DNA of 64,000 nt from a virus (lineage: Duplodnaviria; Caudoviricetes), in IMG/VR virus record IMGVR_UViG_3300009085_000025, positions 1-64,000 of that record; one strand, given 5' to 3'. Below are positions 10,535-18,701 of this stretch, piece after piece (the stretch's first letter is position 1; the number at the start of each line of letters is the position of its first letter). Below the pieces are notes generated by a model, which saw only the letters and a program-made list of their open reading frames with translations, searched no databases and was not told the origin of the DNA. A program made the translations under genes and the position numbers.

Positions 10535-11070
10535 TCTTTTGCAATACGAATTACGTGGTCAGATAATGCATTCAAATCTGTTGGAACAGAAATGATTCTA
10601 TCAAAAGTAAAATCCAACAACGATGTTTCTGAGCGATGGAGTTTTTGTTCTTTTGTTAGACCATTATCAAATTGTTGTCTGTGAGTCCATATGGTAAAAA
10701 CATCATGATATCCTTCATCAATCCATCTATCATGCTCATTAGGATATCTGAAGTCATCCACAATAACGTAGTCAAAATTCTTGCCGAAGGCTTTGACGTT
10801 TTCGATTACAACGTTTACCCAGATATCGGGATGCGTGTCTCTAGCAATCTCAGTTCCAAGTTTCTGCAATAACTCCCTCCCCTTCTGGTCTTTATTGCCA
10901 TCCCAACCATAATACTTTTTAGCCACAAACTTAAGATAATCCCCGTATGCTATATTGAAACACTTGAAATTGAATTGTCGAAGATACCCCGACATAAAAG
11001 AAGCAGATGTTGTTTTTCCATGTAGAGCAAATCCAGCAAGCAACACTATTTTTGGTTTATGTAAATCCAT
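10519..11070 (-). CDS. Deoxynucleoside monophosphate kinase (P-loop)
   Basis: Walker A GFALHGKTT, GWDGNKDQKGRELLQKLGT, VIVDDFRYPNE, HRSETSL motifs. Confidence 0.85.
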   Translation of the reverse strand: MDLHKPKIVLLAGFALHGKTTSASFMSGYLRQFNFKCFNIAYGDYLKFVAKKYYGWDGNKDQKGRELLQKLGTEIARDTHPDIWVNVVIENVKAFGKNFDYVIVDDFRYPNEHDRWIDEGYHDVFTIWTHRQQFDNGLTKEQKLHRSETSLLDFTFDRIISVPTDLNALSDHVIRIAKDWLYP

Positions 11071-11609
11071 TATCCGAATTTCCTTTCAAGTACATCATTG
11101 ATTTCATTCCAGCTAGAAACGCGTCTTGGAAAGTCATATTTTAAATTCCACGGTTGAGAAAACAACCAACCATTATCATTGTATGCCGATGTAGCATTAT
11201 CAATATTATCGTCAAATAAAATATCACAACAAATTAAAGACTTATCTTGGCATTCAACAAAATCTTTTTTACTTATTTCAAATCCAAGATAATTCAGGGC
11301 GTCCAGCTTTGCCCTTCCGACATCTCCAAAATTAGATGTCACAACTATTACTCTGCCGTATTTTCTTGATTTTTGAAATCCAGAAAGAGCACCTTCAACT
11401 GCATCAACTCCCTTGTATAAAAATGTATCCAATAAATGATAAAATTTTTCGGGTTCATTTCTAAGCTTTGTATATGAAGCTATATTCCAATCAAGGACAT
11501 CTTTCTTCTCAAGAACATCGTCGTAATAATGATTGTATCTTCTAATCCATTTTGTAACGGTATCCAGTAAAACATCATCAGCGTCATAGGCGATAATGGG
11601 ATTAATCAT
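11070..11609 (-). CDS. 5'(3')-deoxyribonucleotidase, HAD superfamily
   Basis: IIAYDADDVLLD (DxD) and CDILFDDN motifs, FSQPWN; start moved to MINPII at 11609. Confidence 0.85.
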   Translation of the reverse strand: MINPIIAYDADDVLLDTVTKWIRRYNHYYDDVLEKKDVLDWNIASYTKLRNEPEKFYHLLDTFLYKGVDAVEGALSGFQKSRKYGRVIVVTSNFGDVGRAKLDALNYLGFEISKKDFVECQDKSLICCDILFDDNIDNATSAYNDNGWLFSQPWNLKYDFPRRVSSWNEINDVLERKFG

Positions 11610-11805
11610 TTTTTTTATCCTTTCCCCATCCGCTACCTTTGAAAATAACTGGTGGGGTTGATGTAGGCATTTTTCTGGTTGTTTTTTGAGAACCACATCT
11701 CGTACATGAAATAGGAATTTCATCAATCTTATCAACCGATTTAAAAGAAATCCACGTTTCAAATCTTTCATTGCATTTCTCGCAGACATAATTATAATAT
11801 GGCAT
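11602..11805 (-). CDS. FmdB-family zinc-ribbon protein
   Basis: MPYYNYVCEKC...CTRCGS...VIFKGSGW. Confidence 0.85.
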   Translation of the reverse strand: MPYYNYVCEKCNERFETWISFKSVDKIDEIPISCTRCGSQKTTRKMPTSTPPVIFKGSGWGKDKKND

Positions 11806-12184
11806 TTTTAGCACCTGTCAATCTTCTGAATTTTTTAACACTATCCTCTGAACTATAGTGTGGGATAATTTTTCTTGTTCTACGATTTCCCTTGTTTCTA
11901 ATCCTATTGGATACATTGAAACAATGGTTTGCCCATCTGTCATACTTGTCGGATTTTAGCCCAAGTAACATCTCCCCTGCTTCATCCCAATACTCAGGCA
12001 GGTCAAACTTCATTGCGTCGATAAGCATGGAGCAAATTGGGTTGAATTGTTCAAGTATGTTTTCACCAAAAATATCGTTCAACAAATAGAATCTGTCTTT
12101 CATTTTTCTTTTTTTAATTCTAGGCGGAATAAATGGTATATTTATTCTGCTTTGATTTGAATTGGTGAGATAATAATATACCAT
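11792..12184 (-). CDS. Hypothetical protein
   Basis: 130 aa, tiles operon. Confidence 0.55.
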   Translation of the reverse strand: MVYYYLTNSNQSRINIPFIPPRIKKRKMKDRFYLLNDIFGENILEQFNPICSMLIDAMKFDLPEYWDEAGEMLLGLKSDKYDRWANHCFNVSNRIRNKGNRRTRKIIPHYSSEDSVKKFRRLTGAKNAIL

Positions 12185-12221
12185 TTATTTGGCACTCCCT
12201 TCTTGTTTTTTATATTGAACG

Positions 12222-12554
12222 TTATGGTTTTTCAAATCTTCTTTCATGTTCAGAAATAAGCATTGGTTTCTTGTATGTTTTACCGCTTGCAACAATACGA
12301 GATACAACCTCATATCCTGAAAAGATGTCATCATCTTCCCCGCTTATGGTTGACACAGCCCCCACATATCCAATATAAAGATGTGTTTCTTCTACAAACT
12401 TTCCGTTGACGACAACGAAATCTCCGGCGCAAACATTGTTATCCCTTAGAACATACCAGTCTGCATGGTCATACATCGTAGAAATTCCAAAATCGCACAC
12501 ATGAACAAGAGCAATCTTATCACCGTTCATCATTTTCTTTTCCTTCTTCTTCAT
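12222..12554 (-). CDS. Hypothetical protein
   Basis: 110 aa, tiles operon. Confidence 0.55.
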   Translation of the reverse strand: MKKKEKKMMNGDKIALVHVCDFGISTMYDHADWYVLRDNNVCAGDFVVVNGKFVEETHLYIGYVGAVSTISGEDDDIFSGYEVVSRIVASGKTYKKPMLISEHERRFEKP

Positions 12555-12798
12555 AAAAATGCTTTAGTATACTCGCAGTAATGGTGGCGTCAATTCTTAC
12601 TGTCGGCATCCAGATTTTCTTAATTCTATATTCATGAGAAGGATTGCTGATTATCCAGCAAATCAAACGTAAGAATGGTGCAAGTAATAAAAAGTTTCCA
12701 GCTTCATTGATATCCTTGCTCGAACCAAGTCTCTTGGTGACATAGGTTTTAGACTTGTTTTCATAAATTGCATACACATTGAAAAATTTTCTTAGCAT
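12520..12798 (-). CDS. Hypothetical protein
   Basis: 92 aa, AGGAG RBS. Confidence 0.55.
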   Translation of the reverse strand: MLRKFFNVYAIYENKSKTYVTKRLGSSKDINEAGNFLLLAPFLRLICWIISNPSHEYRIKKIWMPTVRIDATITASILKHFYEEEGKENDER

Positions 12799-12807
12799 AA
12801 AATCTCC

Positions 12808-15800
12808 TTATTTTTTCCCTATATATTTATCTATATCTTTGATGGTTTCATATAAATTCAACCAGTAAGTAAAATCATTTGGAACTGGAACATAATCACC
12901 GTTCACATATTTTACCGTCTGCTTCTTCTCAACCGCCTTGCAATTTATAATCTGACCAGAAGCAACTATATTTTTACTGAATACCGCCTTCTTGATTTTT
13001 AACGAGAGCATCTTTCCGGTTTTTAGTACGCGTACTTCGACACGTGGAGCGTAAAGACCTTCTCCATCTGCAACTTCCATAACGCAGACTATGTGTTTAT
13101 CAATCTCAGGATAGACACTACAAATATTTCCAGTGATTTCAACATCCTTATCTATTTGTTCCATAAACGATATTGATTCATTGGGTAGCTCCAACTCCAT
13201 CTTCTTCAATTCGGGAATTCTTTTTTCTTTTGATTTTTGAGTGAGCTTACTCGAATACCTGTTCTTTCCTGTTTTGAATTCGTTCCACAACGCCAATAAC
13301 TTTTTATTGTTTCCAAACATTGAGAAATAATTGATGAGGATTAGCTTCTCAAATTTAGAGGATAGCATACCGTGTTCGTCTGCATAAATCAACAAGTCAA
13401 TAAATGTCTCGTGAGTTACCTTTGACATCTCATAAAGATTTTTTCCAATTTCTTCATTGAAACCTTTGATGGATTTTATAGACGAAGAAATTGTTTTCTT
13501 TTCTTTGTCGGCAACAATCGCGGTATTGTCCTGACCAAATTTATACGATGGAAACCTGATACCGAAGCCTTTTTCAGCTTCAGACTTTGCTCTTGCAAGC
13601 CTATCCTTATCTCCGTCATCCTCAAGCATATTTAATAAAACTTCGTAAAACTCGTATGGATACATGGCTTTTAGATAAGCACCATACAAACTATCACCTG
13701 CAACAGCATAAGAATGTGAAGCGTTGAAACTATAGAACGCGCTGTCTTCGATAATCTGCCATGTGTCATGTGAAATTTTTTCTGCATCTTCTTTTGAATA
13801 TTTTTCTTCGTTCATGATTTTACTGGTCATGCCATCAATAAAAATATCCTTATATTTATAAACCTTGTCTGCTCTTTTCTTGGCGATGTTCTTAATTACA
13901 TCATATGTTTCTGACACAGGAATTCCGGCATAAGCCATAATCTGCATTGCGTTTTCTTGATACAACATGTAGGATTGCGGAAACTCTTCTGTTTGGATAA
14001 GAGCATCGATTGCAGGAATTCCATAACTAAATTGTTGACGTTCTTCAAATTGTTTATAATTCGATTTAAATCCGGGGCGAATTGCCGCAACAAAAGCAGA
14101 TAATTCAGAAATATTTTTTGGTTTATATTGTGCAACTCTACCAATCGTTCCAGATTGTTCAACCTGATTAATTCCAACTCCCAAGGCTCTTTCATAGATT
14201 CCCCAGACATCCTTATTCGAGTCACATAATTTAAGTAGTTCTGGAAGTGTGTGTGGTTCAATACCGATTCTTTTGTAGACTCTATGTATTAAATCAACCA
14301 CTGAAACTTTTAGCAAATCGTTCTTCAGCAACTTATATTTTTCAGCAAATAAACCATCAACGTTTGCACACAGGTGTTCAACATTTCCAGTTTTAATTTT
14401 TAGCAATCCAAACTGTCTTCTAACATCGTCATCGGTAAACAACAAGAAGGCACAAGGGTGAGGAGTAATTGTATTGACAAGACCAAGATATTTCCTTGAT
14501 TCATCGAAAACATCATGATATTTTTCATCAATATAATCGTGCACAAAGATATCATCTGGCGAATCCGAATGCTTTATATCAGATTCGTATTTCTGAATCT
14601 GTTCGGAAATATTATTGGCAACATCAAAATCAACACCTGCTACGCGAGAGTAAAGCTTCCATGCTCCCAAGGTTCTAACCGTGCCAAATGCTATCATCTG
14701 ATAACTATGTCCGCATCCAAGTATTTCTTCTTGTGCTTCTGCAAATATTTTCGGAGTCCCAAGATTGAAGTCGATATCCGGAATGCTCATGGTTTCAAGC
14801 AACCTTTCCTTTGAGATGAACCTCTCAGGAAACAATTTAACGCTGGCTCCGATTCTATCAATGGTTGTAAAACCCAATAACTTAGTGATATAAAAGGACG
14901 GAGCGGAACCACGCCCTGTCATAGTGATACTGCCACCCTTTTCTTTTCCTCTTTTGATGATTTCATAATCGAGAATAAAGTAATCGGACATCTTTGTATC
15001 TTCTACAACTTTTAACTCTTTCTTGATTTCTTGTTCATAATGACCCCACTTTGAAAATGGGACATTCATTCTTTCTTCCTTCCACTCAGACCAAATGATG
15101 TCCTTTAAAACTTTGAACTTTTCATCATCTGTCTTTTCTGGATATAGGGTTGGAAGTTTTATTTTTTTATCGTCAAAGATAATTGAAACATATGGCTCCA
15201 CCTCAGTTAAAACAGTGGTGTTCTCAAGAGCCTCAACAACCTTGTCTTTGCTCAACACACCCTGATGAATAAATCTTTTTACTGCTTCATCATATGATGG
15301 ATAATCCAAATACCACCCCGACTCTTCAGGGTATTCAATTCCGCGTGATAAAAGATAGTCGTCTCGTTCTTTAGCCTGTTCGGGATAAATCATATGGCTA
15401 TCCATTCCGGCTATAATTTTAATATTGAATTTTTTAGATAACGTTAAAACTTTTCTATTTAAATCTCTTTGTTCTTCCGTGTCATGAGGCTGAACTTCAA
15501 GAAACAAACTATCGCCAAAATGATTTTTCCAAGATGCGATAATTTCTTCGTGGTCTTCATACTTCCAAACACCACCTAAACAACTTGTTGTAACCCAGAC
15601 ATTTTTAGGGTCTAGCGTTAGCAACAATTCTTGGTCAATTCGCGCCTTGTAATAATATCCAGTTACATTTGCTTCTGATAAAATCCAATTGATTGACTGT
15701 CTTCCGGCTTCGTTCTTCGCCAGCAACATAACGTGGGCATTGGTTCTATCTTTTTCCAGTCGGTTCTTGACAAAATAGGCTTCGGTTCCGAACAACGGCT

Positions 15801-15996
15801 TTAACCCATTTGCCTTTGCATATTCATAAACCTCAATGAAGCGACCAGTCCATCCGTGCTCCACACCGCTAACCACGGTTTGACCAAGCTCTAATGCCCT
15901 ATCCCCTCTCTGCTTGTTGGTAATGGTACAATCTGGAGTGCTTACATTGCTAAACATGCTATGACAGTGGTAGTTTACATAATTCATCTTATACAA
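12808..15996 (-). CDS. dnaE: DNA polymerase III alpha subunit (family C, DnaE-like)
   Basis: PHP domain (YHCHS, EAY, DSH), GRGSA, PDIDFN, HPCA, KNDLL, YSFNASHSYAV motifs; 1062 aa. Confidence 0.95.
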   Translation of the reverse strand: MYKMNYVNYHCHSMFSNVSTPDCTITNKQRGDRALELGQTVVSGVEHGWTGRFIEVYEYAKANGLKPLFGTEAYFVKNRLEKDRTNAHVMLLAKNEAGRQSINWILSEANVTGYYYKARIDQELLLTLDPKNVWVTTSCLGGVWKYEDHEEIIASWKNHFGDSLFLEVQPHDTEEQRDLNRKVLTLSKKFNIKIIAGMDSHMIYPEQAKERDDYLLSRGIEYPEESGWYLDYPSYDEAVKRFIHQGVLSKDKVVEALENTTVLTEVEPYVSIIFDDKKIKLPTLYPEKTDDEKFKVLKDIIWSEWKEERMNVPFSKWGHYEQEIKKELKVVEDTKMSDYFILDYEIIKRGKEKGGSITMTGRGSAPSFYITKLLGFTTIDRIGASVKLFPERFISKERLLETMSIPDIDFNLGTPKIFAEAQEEILGCGHSYQMIAFGTVRTLGAWKLYSRVAGVDFDVANNISEQIQKYESDIKHSDSPDDIFVHDYIDEKYHDVFDESRKYLGLVNTITPHPCAFLLFTDDDVRRQFGLLKIKTGNVEHLCANVDGLFAEKYKLLKNDLLKVSVVDLIHRVYKRIGIEPHTLPELLKLCDSNKDVWGIYERALGVGINQVEQSGTIGRVAQYKPKNISELSAFVAAIRPGFKSNYKQFEERQQFSYGIPAIDALIQTEEFPQSYMLYQENAMQIMAYAGIPVSETYDVIKNIAKKRADKVYKYKDIFIDGMTSKIMNEEKYSKEDAEKISHDTWQIIEDSAFYSFNASHSYAVAGDSLYGAYLKAMYPYEFYEVLLNMLEDDGDKDRLARAKSEAEKGFGIRFPSYKFGQDNTAIVADKEKKTISSSIKSIKGFNEEIGKNLYEMSKVTHETFIDLLIYADEHGMLSSKFEKLILINYFSMFGNNKKLLALWNEFKTGKNRYSSKLTQKSKEKRIPELKKMELELPNESISFMEQIDKDVEITGNICSVYPEIDKHIVCVMEVADGEGLYAPRVEVRVLKTGKMLSLKIKKAVFSKNIVASGQIINCKAVEKKQTVKYVNGDYVPVPNDFTYWLNLYETIKDIDKYIGKK

Positions 15997-16066
15997 TCCT
16001 TTCTATTGTTTTACGATGTTCACCATCCATGAGATGAACAACGAAGATTGATTTTTTACTTACATG

Positions 16067-16137
16067 AGCGACATGGGAGAATCGAACTCCCTTCGTCGGT
16101 TTGGAAAACCGAGGCACAGCCAATATACCAATGTCGC
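16067..16137 (-). tRNA. tRNA-Gly (TCC)
   Basis: Acceptor GCGACAT/ATGTCGC, anticodon arm TCGGT-TTTCCAA-ACCGA, T-arm GGGAG-TTCGATT-CTCCC, discriminator T; no CCA. Confidence 0.9.
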
Positions 16138-16190
16138 ATACGTTGTACATCGAGCAAAAGGGCTTGTCCCTCATTCGTACAACGTAATAC

Positions 16191-16220
16191 ATTATATCAT
16201 ACATCCTATTGCCTTGTCAA
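16191..16220 (-). promoter_or_regulatory. Sigma70-type promoter for tRNA-Gly/dnaE
   Basis: TTGACA-18 nt-TATAAT with extended -10 TG. Confidence 0.85.
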
Positions 16221-16270
16221 CTTAAAACACCATGGGGTTACACGATTGTAACCCCATAAGTTATTGTATT

Positions 16271-16591
16271 TTATAAGGGACAAGTACCAAAGCTCTTTCC
16301 TTCAAACACGGCTTCTAAAACCGTCGCTCTACTGGTGGTAATGGAAACCAACTCTACATCGCCTTGAAGTTCTTCGTAGTTCTTATATCTGGTAACAACA
16401 GAGTCGCCCACCGTGATATCGAATTGCTTGTTTCCATATTCTTCTTTGTAGAAATTCAGAACAGCATCAGCTTCTTCATTTGTGTCGAAAATCTTCCATC
16501 CCGCCATAGGAGTCTTGGTTCGATTGTTTTTATAAATCATCAGACATTTAATCATTTTGTTTTCCTTTTTTATGAACAACAACAGAGTCAA
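16271..16591 (-). CDS. Hypothetical protein (likely start MIKCLM)
   Basis: Tiles operon. Confidence 0.55.
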   Translation of the reverse strand: MTLLLFIKKENKMIKCLMIYKNNRTKTPMAGWKIFDTNEEADAVLNFYKEEYGNKQFDITVGDSVVTRYKNYEELQGDVELVSITTSRATVLEAVFEGKSFGTCPL

Positions 16592-16880
16592 CGTTTTCTC
16601 GAATCCACTTTATGAGAGTAGTGCGTTCTTTTTCCACTTTATCTAAATCAATATCGAAATATTTCGCTAACATGTTTTCTATTTCGCCATGTCCAATACT
16701 GTAGTAGTGTCCATCGTCGTATACATCTCTAAAACAAATTCTGCAATCTGTTTTCGCTATCATCCAGTCAATAAAATTAGTTATTTTTTCACTCTCATCT
16801 GTGACTGAAAGTAGTTTATCACATTCTGGAGTTGGGGGCTGAGGACTATTCATATAACTCCTATTCCGGCTTGAATTCAC
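16548..16880 (-). CDS. Hypothetical protein
   Basis: 110 aa, tiles operon. Confidence 0.6.
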   Translation of the reverse strand: MNSSRNRSYMNSPQPPTPECDKLLSVTDESEKITNFIDWMIAKTDCRICFRDVYDDGHYYSIGHGEIENMLAKYFDIDLDKVEKERTTLIKWIRENVDSVVVHKKGKQND

Positions 16881-17667
16881 AATATGAACTTACTGAGCAT
16901 AAATTCTTACAAAAGAAAGGTTGAATATCTGGAGCAAAATCATCTTCTGATTTTATCAGTGTCACCGTTTCTGATATCCATTTTGATATATCAGAAAGCC
17001 CCTTCTTCGTAACCTTGAATTTACTTACTTGATTTTGTTCTTGCCTGATAAACCAAAGCCAAACTTCGTCAACCTTGATGTTCTTAGTTTGAAGATACAG
17101 GGAGTACATATACATTTGACGTTTGTACCCGTCCAATTTCTCCTCATCGATTTTTCCTTTTTTCTCGATGATGGATGTCTTATAATCCATAAGGAAAATC
17201 TTCCCTGATTCCTTGTGCTTTAGAACTAAGTCGGGTTTCACCACAAGATTATAGTTCAATAAATCGACATCAATCTTATCTTCAATGATAAGAACTTCAT
17301 ATGCGTCCCTATCAAAATCAAACGTTTCAAAAAAGCGTCTTCCTTGCTCGATATACGGTTGTTCTTTTATGAAAGCCGGAGGTTTACGAGCAACCATTCT
17401 CGTATAGTTATCTGAAAAATAATCAGCCAACTCAATAAGTTCAAGCTCTTCTCTGAAGAACTTTTCAAGAACCTCATGAACAAGCAATCCATAATCAGAG
17501 AAAAAGTTGCCCGTTCTTTCTACTCCATCAGTCAAATAAGTAAGAAGATAGCTATGTTTGCACCCGTGGAACGTGGATAAACCACTGAATGAAAAACGTA
17601 TTTTATTAATCTTTTCCAGTCTTGTTTCATCCATCAATATGCTCCCCACGACAAGAAGAAATGACAT
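16861..17667 (-). CDS. PD-(D/E)XK exonuclease (RecB/Cas4-like); likely start MDETRL
   Basis: FSFSGLSTFHGC, GLLVHEVLE, KPDLV, DYKT, QMYMY, C-terminal C..LC.V...C Fe-S-type cysteines. Confidence 0.85.
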   Translation of the reverse strand: MSFLLVVGSILMDETRLEKINKIRFSFSGLSTFHGCKHSYLLTYLTDGVERTGNFFSDYGLLVHEVLEKFFREELELIELADYFSDNYTRMVARKPPAFIKEQPYIEQGRRFFETFDFDRDAYEVLIIEDKIDVDLLNYNLVVKPDLVLKHKESGKIFLMDYKTSIIEKKGKIDEEKLDGYKRQMYMYSLYLQTKNIKVDEVWLWFIRQEQNQVSKFKVTKKGLSDISKWISETVTLIKSEDDFAPDIQPFFCKNLCSVSSYCEFKPE

Positions 17668-17905
17668 CTACAACATCTAGGGGAATGCAAACATTGGAAA
17701 CACCATCGTCATTTTTGTCAATCCATTTTCTCGATGGCGATAAAGCTATTTTACAAACCTTTTTATATGCTTCATCAAAATTATTTGCGGCAACCACATA
17801 TTCTTCGCTGTCATCACAAGCGGCTTCTTCTTTTGTTGAGTGATAGCTCCACATCACGGACACTTCAATCGTGTAAATATATAATCCACTAAGATTCTTT
17901 TTCAT
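17627..17905 (-). CDS. Hypothetical protein
   Basis: 92 aa, tiles operon. Confidence 0.55.
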   Translation of the reverse strand: MKKNLSGLYIYTIEVSVMWSYHSTKEEAACDDSEEYVVAANNFDEAYKKVCKIALSPSRKWIDKNDDGVSNVCIPLDVVDVISSCRGEHIDG

Positions 17906-18126
17906 TCTAGGTTTTTCCTTTCATTCAAAGAATTTTGTCCGCTTTTAATTGCGGATTCAATCTCACTATAAGACAGTAATTTCTTTGCAATTGCAATCAA
18001 CACACCTTCTCTTTCATTGAAGCTGTCGTTTGCACCCAATTCCGCCGTGGTTGTAGTTCCATCGCTCCACTTCACCGTGGTTACAGGTGGAGAAATAACA
18101 ACCCATTCAACATATAAATCAAACAT
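17902..18126 (-). CDS. Conserved phage hypothetical protein (T.V.W.DGT family)
   Basis: VTTVKWSDGTTT...D.FNEREGVLIAIAK motif, also seen in 35781..36146. Confidence 0.65.
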   Translation of the reverse strand: MFDLYVEWVVISPPVTTVKWSDGTTTTAELGANDSFNEREGVLIAIAKKLLSYSEIESAIKSGQNSLNERKNLE

Positions 18127-18141
18127 AAATACGCATCTCCT

Positions 18142-18486
18142 TTAGAATCCAATTAGTGAATAAGCTCTGATTGGAGTTCTACTATCTCCAACATAATGAT
18201 AATACTTGAACACGGTCTTTCTGCAAGAAGAACATCTTCCGGTTCCATGCATCAGACCCCACTCGAATGAGAAACATAGGTCTTCTCCGCAATGTGGACA
18301 TTCATCTTTCATCAGCCAAACTTCTTCTAATTCTTGAACTTGTTCAAGTGTGACATGACTACCAGATTGCTCGTTGAACTTATTCAACTCTTCCTCTGAT
18401 ACTTGAACTTTTTTAATGGTGAATTTATCTTCACCAAATTTTTCACATGCCGCCTTATAGAATTCTTCAAATGTCATTCCAGCCAT
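18142..18486 (-). CDS. Zinc-finger hypothetical protein
   Basis: CPHC...CSSC pairs; AGGAG RBS. Confidence 0.65.
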   Translation of the reverse strand: MAGMTFEEFYKAACEKFGEDKFTIKKVQVSEEELNKFNEQSGSHVTLEQVQELEEVWLMKDECPHCGEDLCFSFEWGLMHGTGRCSSCRKTVFKYYHYVGDSRTPIRAYSLIGF

Positions 18487-18701
18487 TATATAATCCCATT
18501 CTCTACATTAATCAATGTAACTTCGTTTGTTCTAGGATTGAGTCGATATCCTTTTTTCACCTGAAAATTATCGGTTACTGATACTTGATACCACCAAAAC
18601 ACATCATCATATCCTATCCATCTTACGGTGCTTTCAGAGGCGCGGTCATAATACGTCCAAAACAAATCGTTTCTAATCTTTTCAAACCTAGCTTTTATCA
18701 T
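18486..18701 (-). CDS. Hypothetical protein
   Basis: 71 aa, tiles operon. Confidence 0.55.
   Translation of the reverse strand: MIKARFEKIRNDLFWTYYDRASESTVRWIGYDDVFWWYQVSVTDNFQVKKGYRLNPRTNEVTLINVENGII

Noticed and set aside
16861-17667. Cas4 as part of a CRISPR system
   Set aside because: Stand-alone RecB/Cas4-fold nuclease within a replication-recombination module (Sak4, SSB, primase), a common phage arrangement
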